Assembly: GCA_937967465.1 (NCBI GenBank)
Contig: CALBSW010000046.1
Span: forward strand, 1 to 58,493
Length of the DNA stretch: 58,493 nt
Direction: 5' to 3'
Origin: an uncultured Flavobacteriales bacterium
Lineage (GTDB): Bacteria > Bacteroidota > Bacteroidia > Flavobacteriales_D > Sanyastnellaceae
The stretch's first letter is position 1; each line of letters starts with the position of its first letter. Under the pieces are notes generated by a model. The model did not search any database and was not told where the DNA came from. It worked only from the letters and a program-made list of their open reading frames with translations. The translations under genes were made by a program, and so were the position numbers. Shown here one piece after another: positions 35,852 to 43,678 of this stretch.

Positions 35852-37468
35852 CTACGCGGACCGTGTTTTCCAAACGTGCGTTTTGGGGGTCCATTCCTCG
35901 CCATCATGCCCCTCGACCATGCCCTGCTCCATTTCGGGCAACCGCGCAAAGGGATTCCCTTCCCTGTCTGCCAGGAGCACGTTGAGGTTGGCGGCGCGTT
36001 CCTGCGGCCGTCCCTCGGGATGCAAGCCGGCATGCAACGTGCGCAGGCGATCCAGGTCTTCCGAAGAGGATCGTCGCACCGCGCGGCGGCCCTGCTGGTC
36101 CAATTTTTCGAGCAGCTTTTCCATTTTGGCCCGGGTGGCGAGCACACTCCCCTCCAACGAGGGGTCGGCCGCCTTGAACGCAGCCAGCACGCTGTCCAAG
36201 CCGCCATCCAGTGCCTTGCGCCAGTGGTCCGCGTCGGGCGGCCCTTGGCGTTCGATGAAATCCCGTTCCCACGCCTCCACCGACTGTCCCAGTTCGGCGT
36301 GCGTGAAGCCCATTGACTCCAAGTCCTCTCCCTGTTGGGAGGACATCCACCACCCCCCGTCCCGTGGCACCAAAGACGGCTGGGCCAGCCCAAACTCCGG
36401 ATACGCGGCAGCCAGCTGGAGCCAGTACGCGACTTCGGCAAGTCCCCCTACAACCGCGACGTCTGGCAACAACCAACTTTGGTACAGGGGCCGGAACAAC
36501 GCATTGGGCGACACCGATTCCGGAGACGTCGCGAGGTGCTCCCGAACAGCGTCGGCATTCGCCCAGGCGACCTCCCCAGCTGTCCATCCTCCCCCCTCTG
36601 AAGCCACAATGCGTTCCCGACGGCCTTCGGAAAGGTGGAACAAATTGACCTCCCGCACATGGACTTGAGGGGAGTGACCGGATGCCTCGAGGACGGCATT
36701 CACCCGACTGACCTCGGTGGCCAAAACACCTTGGCCCCACTCCTTCTCCATGTGCTCAGCAAAGCCTGCCTTGAGTCTGGGGTCGTCTCCATCCACCACC
36801 ACAAGTCGGTCTGCACCAAACCACTGGTGCATCCAGCGGCGCATGGTCTGGGCCAGGGTTCCCTTGACGGCGCTGGCCAACTCCTCGGTGTGGGATTTGG
36901 ACAGACCGGCATCTTGCCCCCACTCACGGAGCACCTCCGGCATTCCTTGCGTCTGCATCCGCCCCACAGGTCCTCCCCTTCCTGCACCTGCAGGTGGCGC
37001 CCACTTGTGCCACTCCTTTCCGGACCACACTGACGCGATTTCCTCGAAATCGTGGTCCTCGGAGGCCAGCCAGAACACCGGGATGACTGGCGTGTCCCAA
37101 CGTGTCTCCAATCGTGCGGCCAAGGTGATGGCCGTCATCACCTTGTACCATGTGAACGCCGGCCCCATGGCCAAACACAGCTGATGGCCCGTGGTGACCG
37201 TCCTCGCCTCCGCCTGCTTCAAGTCGGCACACCGCTTTGGCAACGCCATATCGGCATCCGCATACTGCGCTTCCACGACCGAGCACAGGACTTCTCGATC
37301 CGCGAGTCCCGTCCCTTGAAGGTCCCGCAAGCGATCCAGCTCGGCGAAATCCGGACGAGCGGGCACCTGGAATGGCACGGCGTTCCCTGGCCATCGCCCT
37401 TCCCACCACTGCCGAACAAGGTGCGATTCCGACAAGGCGTCAATCAAGGGGTGGGCGACATGCTCCAT
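35852..37468 (-). CDS. bshC: Bacillithiol biosynthesis cysteine-adding enzyme
   Basis: TVTTGHQLCLAMGPAFTWYKVMTAITLAARLE...VFWLASEDHDFEEI is the BshC signature. About 538 aa from ATG 37468. Confidence 0.85.
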   Translation of the reverse strand: MEHVAHPLIDALSESHLVRQWWEGRWPGNAVPFQVPARPDFAELDRLRDLQGTGLADREVLCSVVEAQYADADMALPKRCADLKQAEARTVTTGHQLCLAMGPAFTWYKVMTAITLAARLETRWDTPVIPVFWLASEDHDFEEIASVWSGKEWHKWAPPAGAGRGGPVGRMQTQGMPEVLREWGQDAGLSKSHTEELASAVKGTLAQTMRRWMHQWFGADRLVVVDGDDPRLKAGFAEHMEKEWGQGVLATEVSRVNAVLEASGHSPQVHVREVNLFHLSEGRRERIVASEGGGWTAGEVAWANADAVREHLATSPESVSPNALFRPLYQSWLLPDVAVVGGLAEVAYWLQLAAAYPEFGLAQPSLVPRDGGWWMSSQQGEDLESMGFTHAELGQSVEAWERDFIERQGPPDADHWRKALDGGLDSVLAAFKAADPSLEGSVLATRAKMEKLLEKLDQQGRRAVRRSSSEDLDRLRTLHAGLHPEGRPQERAANLNVLLADREGNPFARLPEMEQGMVEGHDGEEWTPKTHVWKTRSA

Positions 37469-37497
37469 GCCGCAAAGATGCTGAGAAGGAATGGGGT

Positions 37498-38556
37498 TCA
37501 GCGAAGGACGGTCACCGCGCCTTGCTGGGTCCGCTGTTCCAGCGGCATGCTGCGCGGCCATTCGAGGCGCCAGATGTAGACGCCGCCGGCGACCGGCTTG
37601 CCATCTTGGCCGCGTCCATCCCAACGCGGATTCCCCGGGTCGAGGCTGGCCACGAGCTGCCCCCAACGCGAGAAAATCTCGAATGAAATGGGAAGGGTCT
37701 CGCCGACTTCTGGCACAAACCAATCGTTGACACCGTCGCTGTTTGGGGAGAATGCATTCGGCACGAAAACGGGCTTGTCCTCCGGTTCGGGCGTGGCTTC
37801 AGGGCCTTTGTCCCCCAACAGGGCGGACTCGGGATCACCATTGCCATCAATGGGCGTCAAAGTGAAGTCGTCGAGGAAGTAGTAGGCCATGGTCGGGTTG
37901 TCCCCCATGACCACCTCGGCTTCGAGGTCTGCATCATCGCCGAACACCCCGACGATGAGGTGCTGGGCGGGCGAAGCGGCTTCAAACGTGAAGGTCAGTA
38001 CCTCCCAACCGGCTTCGTAACGCGCGTATGGAATCTGGAATACCGGCGGCAAATCGAGGGCGGATTGACCCAGTTGTACAGGAGGGTCCACCGTCAAAGC
38101 CACACCGAGCCCATTGACTGCCAGCCCTGCGTTGGACGTCGGCAGCCATTGGCCATTGGCCACGGCAAACGACAAGGCATATCGCTGCCCCATCATCAAG
38201 GGGGCCGAAAAGTCCATGACCAGATACTCCCGACTCAGTGGGACGCCGGGGGCTTCCCGGCGGATGCCCGTCAGCCCCGCAACACCGCGGCCTTCGTACG
38301 GATTGACCAAGGCCACAGGGGTTTCTGGCAAGTCACCCCCCAACGTGCCGTCCAGGTGGAAGAAGTCCGGAGTCGATGACCCGCTTTGCGCGTTGCTCCA
38401 CCCGGTCAGCAGATGCCACATACCGGGTGCGGTGGGCATGGATGTGCTCTGCTCGAAGCCTCCATTGACCATCTGCGCATTCAAGCCGGTAAAGGCTGTG
38501 CACAGCATCACCAGCAGCGCGGAGACGCGATTCGGAAAGAAATGGAAGCGGAACAC
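37498..38556 (-). CDS. Secreted protein with a jelly-roll (CBM4_9-like) N-domain and a type-B T9SS (gliding motility-associated) C-terminal domain
   Basis: Signal peptide, then NGGFE motif. C-terminal VFVPNAFSPNSDGVNDWFVPEV...IFSRWGQLV...WDGRGQDGKPVAGGVYIW matches the TIGR04131-type CTD. GTG start. Confidence 0.8.
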   Translation of the reverse strand: MFRFHFFPNRVSALLVMLCTAFTGLNAQMVNGGFEQSTSMPTAPGMWHLLTGWSNAQSGSSTPDFFHLDGTLGGDLPETPVALVNPYEGRGVAGLTGIRREAPGVPLSREYLVMDFSAPLMMGQRYALSFAVANGQWLPTSNAGLAVNGLGVALTVDPPVQLGQSALDLPPVFQIPYARYEAGWEVLTFTFEAASPAQHLIVGVFGDDADLEAEVVMGDNPTMAYYFLDDFTLTPIDGNGDPESALLGDKGPEATPEPEDKPVFVPNAFSPNSDGVNDWFVPEVGETLPISFEIFSRWGQLVASLDPGNPRWDGRGQDGKPVAGGVYIWRLEWPRSMPLEQRTQQGAVTVLR

Positions 38557-38592
38557 GTCCGGAATTTAGCCAATTGCCTCGACATCAAATGA

Positions 38593-38620
38593 GAAGGGGC
38601 CCCGCGTTCGGAGCCCCTTC
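38593..38620 (-). terminator. GC-rich hairpin between the beta-barrel gene and the type-B cargo gene (possible terminator)
   Basis: GAAGGGGC-(12 nt)-GCCCCTTC is a perfect 8-bp stem. There is no clean U-run, so the call is weak. Confidence 0.35.
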
Positions 38621-38745
38621 ACCTTAACCAAAACAACTTGAACCAAATCTTCGCTGTGCTTGCAGGTTGCTGATGCCTGCACATAATAGACGCACTTCGG
38701 CCCCCTGTTGTTGTATCGCAGTTTGCCAAAAGCTCCCAACGAACG

Positions 38746-39594
38746 TCAATGGAGGAGGTGGCGAACCAGCGAGACCCCCGCGCCATATCGCCCGCGCGGG
38801 CCTGAGCGCCACCGGGCTTGAATGGCCCAAGCCCACTCGGGGTTCAGCCGACGCTCAAGCTCCACGACCATTCCCCAGCCCCACGTTGTGGGCGGGATCC
38901 AGTCCAAACGTTGCATGTCTTCTTCTGTCCAGGGCTCCGGAACGCCTTCTGCCGGCAAGCGCTCCACTTGGGCGGGACCACGTTGAATGCGCGACCAAGT
39001 GGCCGTGGCCCCCACCCACCAATTCCAGCCCGAACGAGATGCTGGCCGTCCTCCGATCCGGATGCCCAGAGCCGCTTGCTGTGCGAGAAGCCCACTGAGT
39101 GCGACCGGCAGGGTGTCCAATTCTTGCCCCAGCTCATACGTCTGGACCACATGCTGCTCGAGACCGCCGGTCCCGTCTGCGACGATGCGCACAGCACTGT
39201 CCTCCATACTGGTGAGGTCTGCTGCTCGAATCACAGCAGCTCCGCCCGATGCTGCGAGCCGCCATTGGACCTTGTCTGCAGCCCAGGTCAAGCCCACAAG
39301 GACGTCCCCTCTTCCTGTCACGGACCGACGGGACAGGGTCGACACCGGGATTCCGGCCACGTCGGCCGTCCATCGACCTGCACCCGTGGCGAGGCCAAGA
39401 AAAGGAACGGGCTTCCACGATGCGGACTTGGCCCGAGCGCGCTTTTCCAAAGACGGGTCTGGACCTGACCTCCGAACGTCCAACGCCAGTTCAAGGGGCA
39501 CTCCGTCCACCGTGATGGTGTCTTTGCCCCCATGGGCGGCGCAGGCCGACCCCATCCAGAGGAACATCAACAACAGGACGACGGGCCGGGTCAT
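38746..39594 (-). CDS. Hypothetical outer-membrane beta-barrel-like protein
   Basis: Signal peptide MTRPVVLLLMFLWMGSACAA. The C-terminal third has alternating aromatic/polar strands (WGWGMVVELERRL, WAWAIQARWR, YGAGVSLVRHL). No family recognised. Confidence 0.55.
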   Translation of the reverse strand: MTRPVVLLLMFLWMGSACAAHGGKDTITVDGVPLELALDVRRSGPDPSLEKRARAKSASWKPVPFLGLATGAGRWTADVAGIPVSTLSRRSVTGRGDVLVGLTWAADKVQWRLAASGGAAVIRAADLTSMEDSAVRIVADGTGGLEQHVVQTYELGQELDTLPVALSGLLAQQAALGIRIGGRPASRSGWNWWVGATATWSRIQRGPAQVERLPAEGVPEPWTEEDMQRLDWIPPTTWGWGMVVELERRLNPEWAWAIQARWRSGPRGRYGAGVSLVRHLLH

Positions 39595-39647
39595 GCGGCA
39601 AGATCTTTCAGCGCAGCCGGGTGCGAAAATCCGATGGGACGGCCGGC

Positions 39648-40349
39648 TCAAAGCCCACCCCCTGCTGGCAGGGTCAACGGAAGCGTCAACGTCGGAGCGG
39701 TGGGCTCCGCTTCGTCCGGGACTTCTTCTTGAAGTTCAGGCGCAACCGGCTCTTCGACGGGCTGACTTGGCTCTTCCGAGTCCAACAAGACCTCCGAGTC
39801 AGGTGCAGTGATGGCCCCGTCTACCGCTTCCGCAGCAGGTTGGACTTCGACCGCAGCGGAAGACAGAGACGATTCCGCCTTTTGTGCGTCCGCTTCCACA
39901 ACGCTCGCAGGACTGGAGACCGTCACCTCTTCAGCAGACTCTGCTGCTGAAGGCAGCGCGTCAGGCGACGTTGTCGGCACAGCCTCGGATGGCGACGCCG
40001 TGATGGGATGGTCGGCCTCCGACGGAATGGCGTCGGACGCAGGCTGGCTCATCCAATCCGCGGCCTCTTCCGTAGAACTGGGGACAGCAGGCTCGGCGGC
40101 CTCATCGACCGGTTCGGTCACCGGCTCTTCGGTGCTGTATTGGGAAATCCCCCATGCAGCTGCACCCAACAGTACCACTGCCGCCACCCCAATGCGGCGT
40201 CCGCTGGACCGGGTCGCCCCGGCATCCGCAAACAAATCGTCCGCTGGGGCTGGCGCCACTTCGGTCCTTCCTTGAAGCAGGTCACGGCACTGCGCGTCAA
40301 AGGCAGTATCCCGTGCGTCTTGTGAGGTCATGTCGCTCATGTCATCCAT
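39648..40349 (-). CDS. Single-pass membrane protein with an acidic P/E/A/S-rich extracytoplasmic region; putative anti-sigma factor by position
   Basis: Overlaps the ECF sigma stop by 8 nt. About 50-aa cytoplasmic head, TM IGVAAVVLLGAAAWGI, then a low-complexity acidic region of about 170 aa. No ZAS or FecR motif. Confidence 0.5.
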   Translation of the reverse strand: MDDMSDMTSQDARDTAFDAQCRDLLQGRTEVAPAPADDLFADAGATRSSGRRIGVAAVVLLGAAAWGISQYSTEEPVTEPVDEAAEPAVPSSTEEAADWMSQPASDAIPSEADHPITASPSEAVPTTSPDALPSAAESAEEVTVSSPASVVEADAQKAESSLSSAAVEVQPAAEAVDGAITAPDSEVLLDSEEPSQPVEEPVAPELQEEVPDEAEPTAPTLTLPLTLPAGGGL

Positions 40350-40932
40350 GGCCCGGCAGTTCGGGCTTGCTGGGGTTCAACTTGGCTCGGGCAGATAGGG
40401 TTGCAAGAACCCGCTGCAAATATTTTCGGGCGCGGCTCAACTGGCTTTTCGATGTGTTCACATCGATGCCCAGCTGATCGGCAATCTCTTGGTGCTTGTA
40501 GCCTTCGATGACGTACATGCAAAACACCGTCCGGTATCCGAGGGGCAATTGGGCGATGGCCAATTCCAATTCGTCCGCGGTGAATTCGGGATCATGCTCA
40601 TTCTCCAGGTCACGCGGGGTGGCATGGACATCGTCAATGTCCTGGTGGTGCGTGTGCTTGAGGTTCCTCCGGTAATGCGTGATGGCGGTGTTGACCACGA
40701 TGCGCCGCATCCACCCCTCAAAGGAGAAGTCCTTTCGATAGCTGTCGATGTGCTTGAAGATCTTGACGAAGCTGTCCTGCAGGACATCCTCAGCATCCTG
40801 GCGCCCATTGGTGTGCCGGATGGCCGTGGCGAACAGCTGACCACTGAATCGGGCATACAGTGCGCGCTGCGCAGCCGGCTTGCGCCGCTTGCACCCCTCA
40901 ATCAGCTGCTTGACTTCCTCTGTAGACGCCAT
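40342..40932 (-). CDS. ECF-type RNA polymerase sigma-70 factor
   Basis: Region 2: DAEDVLQDSFVKIFKHIDSY...FEGWMRRIVVNTAITHYRR. Region 4: LPLGYRTVFCMYVIEGYKHQEIADQLGIDVNTSKSQLSRARKYL. Confidence 0.9.
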   Translation of the reverse strand: MASTEEVKQLIEGCKRRKPAAQRALYARFSGQLFATAIRHTNGRQDAEDVLQDSFVKIFKHIDSYRKDFSFEGWMRRIVVNTAITHYRRNLKHTHHQDIDDVHATPRDLENEHDPEFTADELELAIAQLPLGYRTVFCMYVIEGYKHQEIADQLGIDVNTSKSQLSRARKYLQRVLATLSARAKLNPSKPELPGHG

Positions 40933-40941
40933 CCCTTGGTC

Positions 40942-40968
40942 AAACGCTGAACACAGCGTCTTCGTTGC
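40942..40968 (-). promoter_or_regulatory. ECF-like promoter candidate upstream of the sigma gene
   Basis: The minus strand reads GCAAC-N16-GCGTTT (AAC...CGT spacing is typical of ECF promoters). It ends 9 nt before the ATG. Confidence 0.3.
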
Positions 40969-40971
40969 ACC

Positions 40972-41982
40972 TTATTCGAACCTCGCTTTGTCCAATCCAA
41001 GCCAATCCAAGGCAGCGCCGTGGAAAATGGCCGCGCGATCCGCTTCGGGCAGGTCCATGTCGGTCTCGATGTACCGACCGAATTCGAGGTCGCCCAATGG
41101 GAAGGGGTAATCGGACCCCATCACCACTTTGTCCGCGCCCTGCATTTCCAATACGTACTGCATGAGACGGGCGTCGTGGGTGATGCTGTCCACCCAGAAT
41201 TTGCCCAAGTATTCCCTCGGGCTGTTTGGATTGTCAATGGCCACAAGATCGGGGCGACAGCGCCATCCGTGCTCGATTCTGCCCAACGTGGCCAGGAAGG
41301 CACCCGACGCATGGCTGAACATCACCCGCAGCTTGGGAAACTTGTCAAACACACCAGAGAAGACCATGGAGCATGCCGCACGGGAGGTCTCGGCGGGCAT
41401 GCCCACCAGCCAAGGCAACCAGTATTTGGTCATCATCTCCTTGCCCATCATGTCCCAGGGGTGAACCATGATGGCCATGTCCAGCCGCTCACACGCTTCC
41501 CACAGCGGATCGAAGCGCGCTTCGGACAGGTTGTAGCCATTGATGTTGGAGCCAATCTGAATGCCGTGCAGTCCGATTTCCTTGCACCGCTCGAGCTCCC
41601 GGATGCTGAGCTCGGTGTCCTGCATGGGCAAGGTCCCAAGGCCGACGTAATGGCGGGGATGGTCCTGCACCGTGCGGGCCACATCGTCGTTCAGGAACTG
41701 CGCAATGTCCGCCGTATCCTCGGGCTTGGCCCAGTAGGCAAACAAGACGGGAATGGTGCAAATGACCTGTACTTGTACACCGGACTTCGCGTATTCCTCC
41801 ACGCGGAGGACAGGGTCCCAACAATTGGCTTGGACCTCGCGGAAGAAGCGGTCACCCTGCATCATGCGGGCCGCGCCTTCCTTGTGATGCTCAAGGTGAA
41901 TGAAGGACCCATACCCCAGCTTCCGACTCCAATCGGGCAGCTGTTTGGGCATGATGTGGGTGTGGGTGTCGATCTTGAGCAT
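40972..41982 (-). CDS. 2-amino-3-carboxymuconate-6-semialdehyde decarboxylase-like amidohydrolase (ACMSD family)
   Basis: MLKIDTHTHIMP..., NCWDP, GLGTLPMQ, KYWLPWLVGMPAETS and GSDYPFPLGDLE are colinear with my recollection of vertebrate ACMSD. An alternative ATG lies at 42000. Confidence 0.85.
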   Translation of the reverse strand: MLKIDTHTHIMPKQLPDWSRKLGYGSFIHLEHHKEGAARMMQGDRFFREVQANCWDPVLRVEEYAKSGVQVQVICTIPVLFAYWAKPEDTADIAQFLNDDVARTVQDHPRHYVGLGTLPMQDTELSIRELERCKEIGLHGIQIGSNINGYNLSEARFDPLWEACERLDMAIMVHPWDMMGKEMMTKYWLPWLVGMPAETSRAACSMVFSGVFDKFPKLRVMFSHASGAFLATLGRIEHGWRCRPDLVAIDNPNSPREYLGKFWVDSITHDARLMQYVLEMQGADKVVMGSDYPFPLGDLEFGRYIETDMDLPEADRAAIFHGAALDWLGLDKARFE

Positions 41983-41992
41983 CGCCGGGAAT

Positions 41993-43627
41993 TTACTCAT
42001 GAAGGGGCCTGCGGCGGACATGGCGCAGATCCAAGCGGTTGATGGGGCTGATTCGCCATCCTGACCATTCGTGGGCCACGAGGTGCAAGACCTCATCGTG
42101 CCACAGCGGGATGACCGGCATGGACTGCATCACGTGACGCTCCATTTCCCGCAAAATGGACACTCGGTCCGGCCCCGGCATGGCCCGCGCCGCAGCAGAC
42201 AACAGGCTGTCCGCCACAGGGTCTGAGTAGTGCGTGTAATTCGGTCCGTTGGGTGCCCACCGAGCAGAATCGAACAAGCCGAGAAAGTTCTCGGCATCCG
42301 GATAGTCGGCCAACCACGACTTGCGGAATGTGGGGACTTGGCCCTTGGCCACCCGCTCCGCATCGATGGCACTGGGGGCCACGTCAATCTCGATGTCCAC
42401 CCCGAATTCAGCCCAGGCATGCTGCAGGGCTGCGGCGAGGTCAGCGGTGGCAGGCTTGGTGCCGAGCGTCCATCCCGAAAGCCGCTGCAAGGGCACCTCG
42501 GCCCCGATGCCGTGCTGCGCGAGGAGGCCCCGTGCCGCTTCAGGATCGTGGCGCACACTTTCCAAGACAGGACGCTCCGAGACACTGAATCCGGGCATGC
42601 CGGGCGGCACGAAGCCTGCGGCGGGTCTGGCCCCACCGGCCCGCAACTCGCGTACCAGGGACTCCCGATCCAAGGCCATGCTCAACGCCCGCCGGACATC
42701 CGGGTGAATGGGCGATCGACCGATGGCCGACAGCCCTGCAGAATCCACCATCCAGCCGATGTAATCCGTCTTGAGGTACGCGGTCACATGGGCATCAAAT
42801 CGGCCTTGCCATTGGGGCCGCCATTGCTGATGCTCGTCGAAGAACAGGTCCAGCCACTGCGGGCCGGGGGCGGACACGAAGTCGTACCTCCCCTGCTGAA
42901 AGCCCAGCATCTCGGCACCTTCCTCGCGGTTGAATTCCACCCGCACCCCATCGAGGTGCGGCAAGGGTTGCCCCGCCTCGTCCACCATCCAATACGTGGG
43001 GTTGGCATGCATCACGAGGGCCGTTTCGGGCAACCACCCCCGAAGCAGAAAAGGCCCGGTCCCCAGGTCTTCCCTGTCGGGGTCCGCATCCCGGCCACCG
43101 CCGCGGAGCACACTGGCCTGCGGCGTCGCCAACAGGCTGGCGAAGACCGGATTCGGTGCAGTCAGGCGAAGTTCGAGGCTGTCGTCTCCGATGGCCTCAG
43201 CTCCTTCCGCCGCCAACCCCCCGAGGACCCAGCGTCCGGGCAGCGCCTCGGCTGGATCCTGCAGCCGCTCGAAACTCGCCACCACGTCTTGGGCCTTCAC
43301 TGGGGTTCCATCGTGAAAATGCGCGTCGCGCAACCGGAAGCGGTACACCAGCCCGTCTTCGGAAATGGACCAGTCCTCCGCCAAAGCCGGCACCACCCGA
43401 AGGGCCGTGTCCAATTCGAGCAGCCCCTCATAAAGCTGGTCGACGACCCACATCGTCTCCAGGTCGGTCGCTTTGGCCGGGTCCAACGACCGAATGCCGT
43501 CCGATGCATTGTACGTGAAGAGGTCCAGCCCTGCCTCTGGTTGAGAGGCGCAACCAGAGGCACAGAGAAGAAGCGCCAACATGCCCCCAACCCAATCGGT
43601 GTTCCGTCTTCGGCCCCTTCCAATCAT
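41993..43627 (-). CDS. ABC-type substrate-binding lipoprotein, family 5 (peptide/nickel/opine type)
   Basis: Lipobox LLLCASGC. DPAKATDLETMWVVDQLYEGLLELD is typical of the SBP_bac_5 N-terminus. About 540 aa. Confidence 0.8.
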   Translation of the reverse strand: MIGRGRRRNTDWVGGMLALLLCASGCASQPEAGLDLFTYNASDGIRSLDPAKATDLETMWVVDQLYEGLLELDTALRVVPALAEDWSISEDGLVYRFRLRDAHFHDGTPVKAQDVVASFERLQDPAEALPGRWVLGGLAAEGAEAIGDDSLELRLTAPNPVFASLLATPQASVLRGGGRDADPDREDLGTGPFLLRGWLPETALVMHANPTYWMVDEAGQPLPHLDGVRVEFNREEGAEMLGFQQGRYDFVSAPGPQWLDLFFDEHQQWRPQWQGRFDAHVTAYLKTDYIGWMVDSAGLSAIGRSPIHPDVRRALSMALDRESLVRELRAGGARPAAGFVPPGMPGFSVSERPVLESVRHDPEAARGLLAQHGIGAEVPLQRLSGWTLGTKPATADLAAALQHAWAEFGVDIEIDVAPSAIDAERVAKGQVPTFRKSWLADYPDAENFLGLFDSARWAPNGPNYTHYSDPVADSLLSAAARAMPGPDRVSILREMERHVMQSMPVIPLWHDEVLHLVAHEWSGWRISPINRLDLRHVRRRPLHE

Positions 43628-43663
43628 GCCCAAAAATTAAACTTCCGCGCCCCCTCCCGGTTC

Positions 43664-43671
43664 TACTTTCG
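43664..43671 (+). promoter_or_regulatory. TACTTTCG box 7 nt upstream of the TonB-dependent receptor ATG
   Basis: Sequence is tctactttcgccgcccaATG. Confidence 0.4.
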
Positions 43672-43678
43672 CCGCCCA

